In this document: positions 40,087 to 51,389 of the stretch, piece by piece
How positions within the stretch are numbered: the stretch's first letter is position 1
How the letters are laid out: each line of letters begins with the position of its first letter
DNA from: Candidatus Latescibacterota bacterium
GTDB lineage: Bacteria > Latescibacterota > UBA2968 > GCA-2709665
DNA: 64,000 nt
Direction: 5' to 3'
Assembly: GCA_965219995.1 (NCBI GenBank)
Contig: CBDCOX010000002.1
Coordinates: forward strand, 3,392,001 to 3,456,000
Made by a program: the position numbers and the translations under genes
The notes under the pieces: generated by a model
Databases searched by the model: none
The model's input: only the letters and a program-made list of their open reading frames with translations
What the model was told of the DNA's origin: nothing

Positions 40087-41010
40087 TTGAAGATCGCAGT
40101 GGTTGGCGCCGGCAACGTGGGAGCGACCGCCGCTCAGCATATTGCGGAGCGGGAGCTCGCCCGCGAACTGATCCTGCTGGACGTCGCCGAGGGCATTCCA
40201 CAGGGTAAAGCCCTGGATCTGGCTGAGGCGTCGCCGGTTGACCGCTTCGATACCCGGGTTTCGGGTACAAGCGATTCCGGCAGCCTGTCCGGATCCGACA
40301 TCGTCGTCATTACCGCCGGGCTGGCGCGCAAACCCGGCATGACCCGGGACGACCTGCTTGCAACAAACGCGGACATCGTGGGCTCGGTCTGCGAACGCGT
40401 CAAAGAAACAGCGCCCGACGCCATTGTCATCGTGGTGACGAATCCCCTCGATGCAATGGCTTACGTGGCGCTGAAAGTTACGGAGTTTTCGCCCGCTCGT
40501 GTCGTTGGCATGGCGGGCATTCTTGATTCCGCGCGGTTTCGTTATTTCATCGCGGGAGAACTGAACGTATCCGTGGAAGACGTGACCGCCTTCGTTCTGG
40601 GCGGCCACGGCGATTCCATGGTGCCTCTGCCCCGCTATTCTTCCGTGGCCGGCATTCCGCTGTCTGAACTGCTCGACGAAGCCGTCATCGAACGGCTGGT
40701 CGAACGCACCCGGGACGGCGGCGCCGAGATTGTCGGACACCTCAAAACGGGCAGCGCCTTCTACGCGCCCGCTTCCGCAATCGCCGAAATGGTCGCGGCC
40801 ATTGTGCGGGACAAGAAACGAATCCTGCCATGCGCCGCCTGGCTGACCGGCCAGTACGGCATCCATGACCTTTACATGGGCGTGCCGGTCAAGCTTGGCG
40901 CATCCGGCGTGGAGGAAATCATCGAAATCGGCCTCACGCCGGACGAACAGCAGGCCTTTCACGCATCCGCCGAGGCCATTCGATCCAGCGTCCTGAAACT
41001 GGACGTCTGA
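40087..41010 (+). CDS. mdh: Malate dehydrogenase (LDH-like)
   Basis: [49 protein letters not shown]. Confidence 0.96.
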   Translation: MKIAVVGAGNVGATAAQHIAERELARELILLDVAEGIPQGKALDLAEASPVDRFDTRVSGTSDSGSLSGSDIVVITAGLARKPGMTRDDLLATNADIVGSVCERVKETAPDAIVIVVTNPLDAMAYVALKVTEFSPARVVGMAGILDSARFRYFIAGELNVSVEDVTAFVLGGHGDSMVPLPRYSSVAGIPLSELLDEAVIERLVERTRDGGAEIVGHLKTGSAFYAPASAIAEMVAAIVRDKKRILPCAAWLTGQYGIHDLYMGVPVKLGASGVEEIIEIGLTPDEQQAFHASAEAIRSSVLKLDV

Positions 41011-41139
41011 CGACAGCCTCTGCGACAAACCACGTCCGCAACTACCGCACGGCCGGGTCCCCAAAAAGGAGCCGGTTTCTTTTTGCGCTCCCCAGGATCG
41101 GGCGCCTGTTTTTCTCCGTCGCGAACCCGAAGCCGCGGA

Positions 41140-43839
41140 TCAGGATTCTTTCAGGAAGTTCCTGAGAACCGTGTGCAGAATGCCACCGTTCCGGTAGTAG
41201 TCGATCTCCACGGGCGTATCGATGCGCACCGTTGCGGCAAACGTGGTTGCGGCGCCGTCATCCGCCGTCGCGGTTACCGTTGCGTCCTGAAGCAGTCGCA
41301 GGTCGTCGCCGATTCCCTCGATATCGAACACTTCACCGCCCGTGAGTCCCAGCGACGCCGCGCTCTCGCCCTCCTTGTACTGGAGCGGCAGGACGCCCAT
41401 GCCCACCAGATTGCTCCGGTGAATCCGTTCGTAACTCTCGGCGATCACGGCCCGCACCCCCTGCAGCGCCGGCCCTTTGGCGGCCCAGTCCCGTGACGAC
41501 CCCGCGCCGTATTCCTTCCCGGCCAGTACGACCAGCGGAACCTCTTCCTGTGCGTAGCGAATCGCCGCATCGTAAATCGCCATCTGCTCGTCGCCGGGCA
41601 GATGTACGGTGACGCCGCCTTCGGTCCCGGGCGCGAGCAGGTTGCGGATGCGGATATTCGCGAACGTGCCGCGCACCATCACTTCATGATTGCCCCGCCG
41701 GGATCCGTACGAGTTGAAATCCTTCGGCGCAACGCCGTTTTCGATCAGGTACCGACCCGCCGGGCTGTCCACGGCTATACTGCCCGCCGGTGAAATGTGG
41801 TCCGTGGTCACCGAGTCGCCCACCATCACAAGCACACGGGCGCCATGGATCTCCCGGATGGGCGCCGGTTCCGCCGACAGGTCCCGGAAGAACGGCGGTT
41901 CCTGCACATAGGTGCTGTCCGCGTTCCAGGTATACAGCGCCGTTTCCTGGCCGGAAATGGCGTTCCAGGTCTCGTTGCCGTCGAATACATTGCTGTACTG
42001 CGTTTCGAACATCTCGGGTTTCAGCGCCTGTGCGATGGTATCGGAGATTTCCTCCTGGGTGGGCCAGATGTCCTTCAGGGTAACCGGATTTCCTTCGGTA
42101 TCCTCACCCAGGGGCTCGGTCGCCAGGTCCACGTCAACCCTGCCCGCCAGCGCGTAGGCCACCACCAGAGGTGGAGAGGCGAGGTAGTTCGCCTTCACGT
42201 GCGGGTTTACGCGCCCCTCGAAATTCCGGTTGCCCGAAAGGACCGATGCCGCCACCAGGTCGCCGTCGCGGATTGCCGCCACCACCGGCTCCGGCAGCGG
42301 ACCGCTGTTCCCGATGCAGGTCGTGCAACCGTATCCCACCGTGTGGAATCCGAGGCGTTCCAGGTAGGGCGTCAATCCCGCCGCATTCAGATATTCCGTC
42401 ACCACGCGGGACCCGGGCGCCAGACTTGTCTTTACGTACGAGGGCACCGCGAGGCCCCGTTCCACGGCCTTTTTCGCCAGAAGCCCCGCGCCCACCATCA
42501 CCGAGGGATTGCTCGTATTCGTGCAGCTCGTGATTGCCGCGATCACCACCGCGCCGTGTCCGATCCTGGCCCTGCCGTTGGCGGCCACGGTCAATTGCCT
42601 GGCGCGAACCGCGTCATCCACCCCGAACCCGTTGTGACCGACGGGAGACGTCAATGCCTGCTCGAAGCCCTGCTTCATGGCGTCCAGCGGCACGCGGTCC
42701 TGCGGCCGTTTCGGCCCGGCCAGACTCGGTTCCACCGAGCCCAGATCCATCTCGAGCGTTTCCGTAAACGCCGGTTCAGGCGTTTCGTCCGTACGGAACA
42801 GACCCTGCGCCCGGGTATACCGCGCCACCAGGTCGACCGCCGCCGCCGACCGGGCGGTGCGTTCCAGGTATCGCAGCGTCTCGTGGTCCACAGGAAAGAA
42901 TCCCACGGTCGCGCCGTATTCGGGCGCCATATTCGCAATGGTTGCGCGGTCTGCCAGGCTGATGCCGGACAGCCCCGTGCCGTAGAATTCCACAAACTTG
43001 CCGACCACCCCTTTTGCGCGCAGCATCTGGGTTACCGTGAGCGCCAGGTCCGTGGCGGTCGCGCCGTCGGGCAGACTGCCGTACAGTTTGAAGCCCACCA
43101 CCTCGGGCGTGGCCATATAGATCGGTTGCCCCAGCATGACCGCCTCGGCCTCGATCCCGCCAACCCCCCAACCCAGCACGCCGAGACCGTTGATCATTGT
43201 GGTATGCGAGTCCGTTCCGACCAGGCTGTCCGGAAACGCCCCGCCCTGCTGGCGCACAACGCCCTTCGCCAGGTATTCCAGGTTTACCTGATGGACGATT
43301 CCCGTGGCCGGCGGCACCACCTGAAACTTCTCAAACGCGTTGGCGCCCCACCGCAGGAACTCATAGCGTTCCCGGTTCCGCTCGAATTCGATCTCCGCGT
43401 TGATACGCAGCGCGTCGTGCCGCGCAAACCGGTCGACCTGGACCGAATGGTCGATGACCAGGTCCGCGGGAATCTGCGGCTCGATCCGCCGCGGGTCCTT
43501 TCCCATCCGCGCCATGGCCGAACGCAGCGCGGCCAGGTCGACCAGGGAGGGCACGCCGGTGAAGTCCTGCAATACCACGCGCGCCGGCATGAAGGGGATT
43601 TCCGTCCGGGTGGGCGCCGCCGCATTCCATCCCGCCAACTCCGCGGCATCGTCTTCGGTTACCAGATATCCGTCCAGGTTCCGCAGCGCGGCTTCCAGCA
43701 ACACCTTGATGGTGAAGGGCAATCGCGATACCGCGGCGACGCCGGCCGATTCCAGGCGGTCCAGCCGGTAAATCCATACCTCGCCAGCGGCAGTAGACAG
43801 TTTGTCGCGCAATCCGAAGGGATCGTTGATTTTACTCAT
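41140..43839 (-). CDS. acnA: Aconitate hydratase A
   Basis: [56 protein letters not shown]. Confidence 0.97.
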   Translation of the reverse strand: MSKINDPFGLRDKLSTAAGEVWIYRLDRLESAGVAAVSRLPFTIKVLLEAALRNLDGYLVTEDDAAELAGWNAAAPTRTEIPFMPARVVLQDFTGVPSLVDLAALRSAMARMGKDPRRIEPQIPADLVIDHSVQVDRFARHDALRINAEIEFERNRERYEFLRWGANAFEKFQVVPPATGIVHQVNLEYLAKGVVRQQGGAFPDSLVGTDSHTTMINGLGVLGWGVGGIEAEAVMLGQPIYMATPEVVGFKLYGSLPDGATATDLALTVTQMLRAKGVVGKFVEFYGTGLSGISLADRATIANMAPEYGATVGFFPVDHETLRYLERTARSAAAVDLVARYTRAQGLFRTDETPEPAFTETLEMDLGSVEPSLAGPKRPQDRVPLDAMKQGFEQALTSPVGHNGFGVDDAVRARQLTVAANGRARIGHGAVVIAAITSCTNTSNPSVMVGAGLLAKKAVERGLAVPSYVKTSLAPGSRVVTEYLNAAGLTPYLERLGFHTVGYGCTTCIGNSGPLPEPVVAAIRDGDLVAASVLSGNRNFEGRVNPHVKANYLASPPLVVAYALAGRVDVDLATEPLGEDTEGNPVTLKDIWPTQEEISDTIAQALKPEMFETQYSNVFDGNETWNAISGQETALYTWNADSTYVQEPPFFRDLSAEPAPIREIHGARVLVMVGDSVTTDHISPAGSIAVDSPAGRYLIENGVAPKDFNSYGSRRGNHEVMVRGTFANIRIRNLLAPGTEGGVTVHLPGDEQMAIYDAAIRYAQEEVPLVVLAGKEYGAGSSRDWAAKGPALQGVRAVIAESYERIHRSNLVGMGVLPLQYKEGESAASLGLTGGEVFDIEGIGDDLRLLQDATVTATADDGAATTFAATVRIDTPVEIDYYRNGGILHTVLRNFLKES

Positions 43840-43856
43840 AACAAACATCCTCAATA

Positions 43857-43887
43857 AGCGATCAGCTATCAGCCATCAGCAGTCAGC
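43857..43887. repeat. Tandem heptamer AGCNRTC x4 in the acnA leader
   Basis: AGCGATC AGCTATC AGCCATC AGCAGTC AGC immediately upstream of the acnA RBS. Confidence 0.75.
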
Positions 43888-43945
43888 TAAACCGGATAGC
43901 GTTACTGCCTGGCGATGTCAATTGCGGACGTCAACGCCATTTTGA

Positions 43946-43970
43946 GGGCAACCACAAGGGTTGCCCCTAC
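43946..43970 (-). repeat. GTAG-type REP-like palindrome
   Basis: Minus strand GTAG-GGGCAACC-CTTGT-GGTTGCCC. Confidence 0.7.
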
Positions 43971-44301
43971 AATACCAGGGACGGCGGAATTCATACCCCG
44001 TACCGAAAGAAGAGAGACAAGAGGAGGGTCTAACCAAATGCCCGCGTATGTGTCGCGTCACCGCAGCTCCTGGCCCGAAGGGATACTTAATTAATATATT
44101 ATATAATCTAAAGTTCGCAAGCAAGAATCGAACTGATGAATTGCGATGGCAATCAGAAAACCGATACGGAAGGACAAGCTTGTTTTCGTGCGGTTTCCCC
44201 ATTTCAACCTGACACGCCGCGGGCTTGCTTATCCGCGAACCGCTGTCCTCATCATTTAGACGCCAATCGGTCTACAATGTTATTTCCTGACCGGAGTACT
44301 A

Positions 44302-44426
44302 CCAGAGCAGAGCGCGCTGATCCGTCCAGCTACGCGGTTCGATGTTCCTCCGAGGGTGTCAGGGCAGAGGGTTACGTGCGTCCTGTAAGTGTGTTCGCGC
44401 TGTGCATATGGCAGGCCCCGCGCCCA
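44302..44426. repeat. 125-bp dispersed repeat, copy 2
   Basis: Ungapped match to 5691-5815, about 12 mismatches by manual count. Confidence 0.85.
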
Positions 44427-44434
44427 CGACAAAT

Positions 44435-44668
44435 GCGGTAAGACGTAAGAGGTTAGACGGTAGATGAAAGACCTTGTCACCAAATGCGGCGCGAAGTCAA
44501 AAAGGGATAGCGCCGAAACGCCAAATTCGATCATGTGGTCATGATCTTGAGATTGACACAACAGTGTCTCGAGGTTACCCGTGCCGAATTTTTCGCCCAT
44601 TTCGTTACGGCCCGGAAAACTAGCGGGCACTCATGTCATCTCCCGTCTTACGTCTTACGTCTACCCCG
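44435..44668. repeat. Heptamer-armed modular repeat, locus C (arms around ~160 bp of unique sequence)
   Basis: Left arm GCGGTAAGACGTAAGAGGTTAGACGGTAGATG; right arm GGGCACTCATGTCATCTCCCGTCTTACGTCTTACGTCTACCCCG; standard core absent. Confidence 0.85.
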
Positions 44669-44841
44669 GTGGACGGGGTTGGGGGCAGGGAGACTTTACA
44701 TCGCGATTGAATTTATCTAATTTCAATACAATACAAAAGCGAATCGTTGTTATAGATTATATTCCCGATTGGAATAGATTTGAGCCGCGGGTGTAAACGT
44801 CCGGCGGTCGCCAGGATTCCAATTCCGGAGGGCGATGCGTA

Positions 44842-45729
44842 ATGATCGAGAACATAGAAACCCTGTCCGCGCTTGCCGAGGCAGGCACGATGACCAAGGC
44901 CGGAACAAGGCTGCGCATCACCCAGTCGGCCGTCAGCAAACGCATAGACGTACTCGAGAACGCACTGGGTCGAAAACTCGTCGAACCCGTCGGCAGACGC
45001 GTCCGCCTTACGCCCGCGGGCATCCAGCTGCTCGAGAAGACGGCGCCGTTCATGGCCGCGTTGCGGGAGGCCGTGGCGGACGAGTCCCCGGTTCAGGGCA
45101 GCCGCCTGGTAATCGGCATCTCCGAATCCATTCTTTCCGCCTGGGGTTCGCGCGTTCTGGCGGGCGTCGCTCGGGCTATCCCGCAGCTTGAACTCGTCAT
45201 CAATGCCCATCGAAGTCCGGTTGCCATTGACAATGTCCGCTCCGGCGAATACATGCTCGCGCTGTGCGCGGACATGGGGGGATACAGCGGCGACGTGAAG
45301 TCGGAGCCCCTTGTGGACGAGCCGATGGTCCTCGTGCCCTCGGGGCTGAAGCCGTTTCAGCTTCGCCGCGATACAACTCTTCCCGTCATCACCATCGAAC
45401 CCCATGCCGCGACCTGGCGGCACCTGGAACAGCAGATCAGGGCCCACGCCGGGAACTGGAACATCCGAATCGAAGCCGAACAGACCCTGCAATCCTTCGC
45501 GGGGATCGCCCAGTTGGCCCGGTGCGGATTCGGGCACGGACTCGTGCCGTTGGGCATCGCGAGAGCATTGGGCATTCCGGACACGGGGCTCATTCGATTC
45601 CCCGAACCCGGGCTCTCCAGGCCGATCGCACTGATCGGGCGCAGCACCACCTTCGCCCGTCCCATTGTCAGGACCTTTCACCGTATGCTCAGAGAAACCA
45701 TCCGCTCAAATCTCTCCGAATCATGCTGA
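44842..45729 (+). CDS. LysR family transcriptional regulator
   Basis: GTMTKAGTRLRITQSAVSKRIDVLENALG...LTPAG HTH; 295 aa. Confidence 0.9.
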   Translation: MIENIETLSALAEAGTMTKAGTRLRITQSAVSKRIDVLENALGRKLVEPVGRRVRLTPAGIQLLEKTAPFMAALREAVADESPVQGSRLVIGISESILSAWGSRVLAGVARAIPQLELVINAHRSPVAIDNVRSGEYMLALCADMGGYSGDVKSEPLVDEPMVLVPSGLKPFQLRRDTTLPVITIEPHAATWRHLEQQIRAHAGNWNIRIEAEQTLQSFAGIAQLARCGFGHGLVPLGIARALGIPDTGLIRFPEPGLSRPIALIGRSTTFARPIVRTFHRMLRETIRSNLSESC

Positions 45730-45787
45730 ATTCGTTCCTGTTTCAGCTTGCCATTCGGGCGCCGAAACCGTATTTTCCGACCCCCCA

Positions 45788-47362
45788 ATGTCCAGTCCGG
45801 AACGACGTTTTGTCGCCCTGGTCATCCTCGACGGCTGGGGCCTTTCTTCCAACGAGGACCACAACGCGGTCGCGCTTGCCGAGACACCGGCGATGGACCG
45901 GATCGTCGCGATGTACCCGTCCACGACCCTGCAGACCTGTGGACGCAGCGTCGGTCTGCCCGACGGATTGATCGGCAACTCCGAAGTGGGGCATCTCAAC
46001 CTGGGCGCCGGGCGTGTCGTGATGCAGGCCGTCACCCGGATCGACGACAGGGTGAGGGACGGGGGCTTTTCGCGGAACGAGGCATTGCTCGCGTCGATGG
46101 ACCGGGTCGCCGGCACCGATCGACGCCTCCATCTGATCGGACTGGTGTCCGACGGGGGGGTGCATTCCTGGCCCAACCACTACAACGGACTGCTCAAAAT
46201 GGCCGCCGGCCGCCGGCTGAAGCCGGACCGGGTCTGCGTCCATGCGTGGCTCGACGGACGTGACACGCCGCCCAGGAGCGGTATCCGCCATCTGGCTGCC
46301 CTGGTCGAGATGTGCGAGGCGGCGGGCGTGGGCGGAATTGCCACGGTTTGCGGCCGCTACTTCGCCATGGACCGGGACCGGCGCTGGGACCGTGTTCGTT
46401 CGGCCTACGACGCCATGACACTCGGCCGCGGGGTGCGCGCAAGAGACCCGATCGAGGCCCTCCAGGACGCGTACAATCGTAGCGAGACGGACGAGTTCGT
46501 CAAGCCGATCATAATCGAGGGCCCGGATGGGGGGCCGCCGGCCACCATCGTGAACGACGACTCCGTGCTTTGCTTCAATTTTCGCGGCGACCGGGGCCGG
46601 CAGATCACACGCGCGTTCGTGCTTCCGGATTTCGACGGGTTTGGGCGGGAAGTACACCCAGGGGTACACTATACCTGCCTCACCCGTTACGAAGCCGGCC
46701 TGCCCGTGGACGGGGTCGCGTTTTCGCCAGGGGACCTGGCCCAGGAAATGCCGGACGTCTGCGGGAAGACGTTGAGCGAAGCCGGTCTCCGGCAGCTGCG
46801 CATTGCCGAAACAGAGAAATACGCGCACGTCACCTACTTCTTCAATGGCCAGCGTGAGGAACCCTTCGAAGGCGAAGCGCGTATCATGGTCCCCTCGCCC
46901 AGGGACGTGCCCACGTACGACTTCAAGCCCGAAATGAGCGCGTGGGCCGTCACCGGGAAACTCGTCGACGCGATCCGCTCGCGGCAGTTCGACGCCGCCA
47001 TCTGCAATTTCGCAAATCCCGATATGGTCGGTCATACCGGTGACCTGGCGGCGGCCGTCAAAGCCGTGACGACCGTAGACCGGTGTCTGGGGCAGATCCT
47101 TTCAGCCATCGGGCAAGCCGGCGGCGCCGCCATCGTTACCGCGGACCACGGCAACGCCGACCAGATGATTCACCACCGAACCGGGGAGCCTCACACCGCC
47201 CATACGGCCAATCCCGTGCCATTTGTTCTTGTCGATCCCGCGTTCCGCGGAAGGCTCAGAGACGGCGGCCGGCTCTGCGACGTCGCGCCCACCTTTCTGG
47301 GCGTACTCGGGCTTCCCAAGCCGGAGGCCATGACGGGAGACGACCTCAGAGAGATGACCTGA
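45788..47362 (+). CDS. gpmI: 2,3-bisphosphoglycerate-independent phosphoglycerate mutase
   Basis: ILDGWG, GNSEVGHLNLGAGR, AETEKYAHVTYFFNG, NPDMVGHTG, ADHGNAD. Confidence 0.97.
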   Translation: MSSPERRFVALVILDGWGLSSNEDHNAVALAETPAMDRIVAMYPSTTLQTCGRSVGLPDGLIGNSEVGHLNLGAGRVVMQAVTRIDDRVRDGGFSRNEALLASMDRVAGTDRRLHLIGLVSDGGVHSWPNHYNGLLKMAAGRRLKPDRVCVHAWLDGRDTPPRSGIRHLAALVEMCEAAGVGGIATVCGRYFAMDRDRRWDRVRSAYDAMTLGRGVRARDPIEALQDAYNRSETDEFVKPIIIEGPDGGPPATIVNDDSVLCFNFRGDRGRQITRAFVLPDFDGFGREVHPGVHYTCLTRYEAGLPVDGVAFSPGDLAQEMPDVCGKTLSEAGLRQLRIAETEKYAHVTYFFNGQREEPFEGEARIMVPSPRDVPTYDFKPEMSAWAVTGKLVDAIRSRQFDAAICNFANPDMVGHTGDLAAAVKAVTTVDRCLGQILSAIGQAGGAAIVTADHGNADQMIHHRTGEPHTAHTANPVPFVLVDPAFRGRLRDGGRLCDVAPTFLGVLGLPKPEAMTGDDLREMT

Positions 47363-47406
47363 AAACCGCTCTGCGCCCCGACGCGGCGCACCCATGAGGA
47401 GACCCC

Positions 47407-48570
47407 ATGAAGATCCACGAATACCAGGCAAAGGAAATCCTCAAGTCGTATGACGTTCCCGTACCCGACGGCCGCCTTGCCGCCACGGCGGACGAGGCCG
47501 GAAGCGCGGCGGCCGAAATCGGCGGCGCCGTCGTCGTGAAGGCCCAGATTCACGCCGGCGGCCGGGGCAAGGGAGGGGGGATCAAACTCGCCCGGAGCCC
47601 GGACGAGGCCCGCCAATACGCCAGGGACATGCTCGGACGGAATCTGGTGACGCCCCAGACAGGCCCCGAAGGACAGAACGTCAAGCGTGTGTGGATCGAA
47701 TGCGCCACCGATATCGCCCGGGAACTTTATTTGGGCGTGGTGCTGGACCGGGACCAGTCCAGGCTGGTCATCATGGCGTCCAGCGAGGGCGGCATGGACA
47801 TCGAAGAAGTGGCCGCCGCCACGCCGGAGAAGATCCTCAAGGAGACCATCGATCCGGCGGTCGGGCTTCAGCCGTACCAAGCCCGCCGGCTTGCCTTCGG
47901 GCTCGGTTTAAAGAACGGCGCTTTCAAGCAGGGCGTGCGGTTTATCGACCGGTTATATGCCGCCTACATCGGAACCGACTGTTCCCTGGCCGAAATCAAC
48001 CCGCTCGTGGTCACCGCCGATGACAACCTTGTGGCCCTGGACGCCAAGATGAACTTCGACGACAACGCGCTATTCCGCCATGGGGACATTCGGAAACTCC
48101 GTGACACCGACGAGGAAGACCCTCTGGAAGTGGATGCCTCAAAATTCGATCTCAACTATATCAAGCTCGACGGCGAGGTGGGCTGCATGGTCAACGGCGC
48201 CGGTCTGGCCATGGCCACCATGGATATCGTCAAGCACGCGGGATCGTCCCCCGCCAATTTTCTGGACGTGGGCGGGGGCGCAAACGTGGAGCGGGTGGAG
48301 AACGCCTTCCGTATCCTGCTTTCGGACGCCGGCGTCAAGGCCGTGCTCATCAATATTTTCGGCGGTATCGTGCGTTGCGATCGGGTTGCCGAGGGGGTGG
48401 TCCAGGCACTGGGGAGTTTCTCGGTCAACCTGCCCATCGTGGTGCGCCTGCAGGGGACCAACGCCGAAGAGGGCGCGCGAATTCTGGAGCACTCGGACCT
48501 GAAATTCACGGTCGCCCGCGAGTTGAAAGAAGCGGCGGAAGCGGTTGTGGCGGCGGTTCGGGGACGGTGA
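47407..48570 (+). CDS. sucC: Succinate--CoA ligase (ADP-forming) beta subunit
   Basis: [55 protein letters not shown]. Confidence 0.97.
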   Translation: MKIHEYQAKEILKSYDVPVPDGRLAATADEAGSAAAEIGGAVVVKAQIHAGGRGKGGGIKLARSPDEARQYARDMLGRNLVTPQTGPEGQNVKRVWIECATDIARELYLGVVLDRDQSRLVIMASSEGGMDIEEVAAATPEKILKETIDPAVGLQPYQARRLAFGLGLKNGAFKQGVRFIDRLYAAYIGTDCSLAEINPLVVTADDNLVALDAKMNFDDNALFRHGDIRKLRDTDEEDPLEVDASKFDLNYIKLDGEVGCMVNGAGLAMATMDIVKHAGSSPANFLDVGGGANVERVENAFRILLSDAGVKAVLINIFGGIVRCDRVAEGVVQALGSFSVNLPIVVRLQGTNAEEGARILEHSDLKFTVARELKEAAEAVVAAVRGR

Positions 48571-48587
48571 AGAGGAAAAACCTGAGA

Positions 48588-48820
48588 GCGGTGAGACGGT
48601 AGACGTTAGACGGTAGATGACGTCTTTGCCCGACTGGTTGCTCCTCTATGCCTCCGGCAAGAAGTGAATCCGCACAGGGCAATAAAACCTGTTAGACGTA
48701 AGTCACGGTAGACGGTAGATGACGTCCTTGCCCGATTGGTTTCTGCCTTATGCCTCTGGCAAGATGTGAAACCACACGGGGCACACAATATCTCCCGTCT
48801 CACGTCTTACGTCTACCCGG
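48588..48820. repeat. Heptamer-armed modular repeat, locus D (two cores, one right arm)
   Basis: Two tandem ~100-bp arm+core units followed by TCTCCCGTCTCACGTCTTACGTCTACCC. Confidence 0.9.
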
Positions 48821-48865
48821 TTTTCGCTAATGGCTGCATTCTTTGCAGCGACCTCTTTTTATATA

Positions 48866-48897
48866 TGCCAAAATGGCATATATATGCAATAATGGCA
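48866..48897. promoter_or_regulatory. Tandem palindromic operator/enhancer sites upstream of FmdB-dnaK
   Basis: TGCCAAAATGGCA (48866-48878, inside the longer palindrome ATATATGCCA-AAA-TGGCATATAT) and TGCAATAATGGCA (48885-48897). Confidence 0.6.
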
Positions 48898-48976
48898 GAA
48901 TTCAGAGGAGCCCGGTCCAGTCACTGGAATTGGTATCTGTTTGTTTTTAATATATTTCGCTAGAATTCGCTGTCTA

Positions 48977-48992
48977 TGGTACTCATGTTGCT
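48977..48992 (+). promoter_or_regulatory. Candidate sigma54 promoter of the FmdB-dnaK operon
   Basis: TGGTACTCATGTTGCT = GG-N10-GC with TTGCT; one mismatch to TGGCAC. Confidence 0.55.
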
Positions 48993-49049
48993 TCAATTGG
49001 GTTGTTGGTCCCATCACGAATCGGAAGCCTAAAGAATTGGAAGCCCCTT

Positions 49050-49343
49050 ATGCCCACGTATGATTACGTTTGTGAAGCATGCAGCCATGAATTCGAGCAT
49101 TTTCAGAGCATTACATCGTCTCCGTTGCGCAAATGCCCGGAATGCGGCGAGCGAAGACTGAAGCGGCTTATCGGCGCAGGGGCGGGACTCCTCTTCAAGG
49201 GCTCGGGTTTCTACATTACCGACTACCGTAGCGAAGGATATAAAGAGGCCGCGAAAAAGGACGCCCCGAAAGACAAGAAGAAAGATTCGAAAGACAAGAG
49301 CAGCAGTGGCAAAAAGTCCAAAAGCAAGGAAAAAGCGGCATAA
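49050..49343 (+). CDS. FmdB family zinc-ribbon protein
   Basis: [11 protein letters not shown]...CPECG...[11 protein letters not shown] with a Lys-rich tail. Confidence 0.9.
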   Translation: MPTYDYVCEACSHEFEHFQSITSSPLRKCPECGERRLKRLIGAGAGLLFKGSGFYITDYRSEGYKEAAKKDAPKDKKKDSKDKSSSGKKSKSKEKAA

Positions 49344-49378
49344 ATCAAGCCGGAATCAACAGAGAGGAAGACAACTCA

Positions 49379-51298
49379 ATGGGCAAAGTTATCGGAATCG
49401 ACCTGGGGACGACCAACTCCTGCGTGGCCGTGATGGAGGGAGGCGATCCCGTCGTGATTCCCAATGCCGAAGGCGGGCGCACCACGCCGTCGGTCATCGC
49501 GTTCACCAAGGACGACGAGCGCCTCGTCGGTCAGGTGGCGAAACGGCAGGCCGTGACGAACCCCCAAAACACCGTCTATTCCATCAAACGCTTCATGGGC
49601 AGGCGCTACGAGGAAGTGCCCAACGAAATCGAGGAAGTGCCCTACGAAGTCCAGAGGGAGAGCAACGGTCTTGCTACCGCAAAACTCGGCGACACGACGT
49701 ACACACCTCCCGAGATCTCGGCCATGGTCCTTCAGAAAATGAAGCAGACGGCCGAAGAATACCTGGGCGAGACGGTTACGGACGCCGTGATTACGGTCCC
49801 GGCCTACTTTAACGACGCACAGCGCAAAGCCACCACGGACGCGGGGAAGATCGCCGGCCTGGAGGTGAAGCGAATCGTCAACGAACCCACGGCCGCGTCA
49901 TTGGCCTACGGCCTGGACAAGAAGGACGACGAGATCATCGCGGTCTACGATCTGGGCGGCGGCACGTTCGACATTTCCATTCTGGAACTGGGCGACGGCG
50001 TATTCGAAGTCAAATCCACCAACGGGGACACCCACCTGGGTGGGGACGACTTCGATCAGCGCATCATCGACTGGCTCGCGGACGAGTTCGAGCGGGAGAA
50101 CAACATCGACCTGCGCAACGACCCGATGGCGCTGCAGCGGCTGAAGGAAGCGGCCGAAAAAGCCAAATGCGAGCTATCCAGTTCTCTCCAGACGGACGTC
50201 AATCTGCCTTTTGTCACGGCCGACGCGTCAGGCCCCAAGCATATGAACCTGACCCTTTCCAGGGCCAAATTCGAGCAACTCGTGGAAGACCTGGTCGAAC
50301 GCACCAAGAGGCCGTGCGCCCAGGCGATCAGGGACGCGGGCCTGTCGCCGTCTGAGATCAACGAGGTCATTCTGGTTGGCGGCAGCACCCGGATTCCCAA
50401 AGTTCAGGAGGCGGTGAAGGAACTCTTCGGCAAAGACCCGAACCGGGGCGTAAACCCCGACGAAGTTGTTGCGGTGGGCGCCGCGATCCAGGCCGGCGTG
50501 CTTTCGGGCGACGTCAAAGACGTGGTGCTTCTGGACGTGACCCCGCTGTCCCTCGGTATTGAGACGCTGGGCGGCGTGATGACGAAGCTCATCGATCGCA
50601 ATACCACCATTCCAACCAAGAAGTCCCAGGTATTCACAACCGCTGCCGACAGCCAGCCTTCGGTTGAGGTGCACGTGCTTCAGGGCGAAAGGGAAATGTC
50701 GGTTGACAACCGAACGATCGGCCGGTTCCACCTGGACGGCATCCCGCCCGCGCCCCGCGGAACCCCCCAGATCGAAGTCAGTTTCGACATCGACGCCAAC
50801 GGGATCATGAACGTCTCCGCCAAAGACATGGGCACAAACAAGGAACAGAGCATCCGGATCGAGGCCTCGTCGGGCCTGTCCGACGCCGAAATTGATCGAA
50901 TGGTCAGCGACGCCAAGGAAAACGCCGCCGATGACAAAAAGCGGCGCGAAGGCATCGAAGTTCGCAACCAGGCGGATCAGCAGGTTTACCAGACCGAAAA
51001 GCAACTCGGCGAAATGGGCGACAAAGTCAGCGACGACGCCAGGGCCAAGGTGCAGGCCGCGGTGGACCGGGTGAAGGAAACGCTCAAGGGCGAGAACCCG
51101 GACGAAATCAAGGCGGCTACCGAGGCGCTCACCCAGCAGTGGCACCAGGTGGCGAGCGAACTCTATGCGCAGGCCTCGCAGGCGGGTCCGGAGGCCGGGG
51201 CGCCGGGCGGTCCGGAGCAGCCGGCCGGGGAACAGAAGACAGACGACGGCGTTGTCGACGCGGAATATGAAGTGGTGGATGACGACAAAAAGAAGTAA
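49379..51298 (+). CDS. dnaK: Molecular chaperone DnaK
   Basis: [43 protein letters not shown]. Confidence 0.98.
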   Translation: MGKVIGIDLGTTNSCVAVMEGGDPVVIPNAEGGRTTPSVIAFTKDDERLVGQVAKRQAVTNPQNTVYSIKRFMGRRYEEVPNEIEEVPYEVQRESNGLATAKLGDTTYTPPEISAMVLQKMKQTAEEYLGETVTDAVITVPAYFNDAQRKATTDAGKIAGLEVKRIVNEPTAASLAYGLDKKDDEIIAVYDLGGGTFDISILELGDGVFEVKSTNGDTHLGGDDFDQRIIDWLADEFERENNIDLRNDPMALQRLKEAAEKAKCELSSSLQTDVNLPFVTADASGPKHMNLTLSRAKFEQLVEDLVERTKRPCAQAIRDAGLSPSEINEVILVGGSTRIPKVQEAVKELFGKDPNRGVNPDEVVAVGAAIQAGVLSGDVKDVVLLDVTPLSLGIETLGGVMTKLIDRNTTIPTKKSQVFTTAADSQPSVEVHVLQGEREMSVDNRTIGRFHLDGIPPAPRGTPQIEVSFDIDANGIMNVSAKDMGTNKEQSIRIEASSGLSDAEIDRMVSDAKENAADDKKRREGIEVRNQADQQVYQTEKQLGEMGDKVSDDARAKVQAAVDRVKETLKGENPDEIKAATEALTQQWHQVASELYAQASQAGPEAGAPGGPEQPAGEQKTDDGVVDAEYEVVDDDKKK

Positions 51299-51317
51299 TC
51301 CATATCAGGAATAGAAC

Positions 51318-51355
51318 AGCGGAGGCGATCCATTCGGGATCGCCTCCGCTTTTTT
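51318..51355 (+). terminator. Rho-independent terminator after dnaK
   Basis: AGCGGAGGCGATCC-ATTCG-GGATCGCCTCCGCT-TTTTT. Confidence 0.88.
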
Positions 51356-51389
51356 GTTTCGGATATAGGCAGCGTATTCACGTCACGTC

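Noticed and set aside
44668-44692. G-quadruplex in the G-rich tails of the repeats
   Set aside because: Only three runs of three or more G per tail; not enough for a canonical intramolecular G4
48874-48887. TGGCATATATATGC as the sigma54 promoter
   Set aside because: Spacing is GG-N9-GC rather than the strict N10; better explained as part of the palindromic sites
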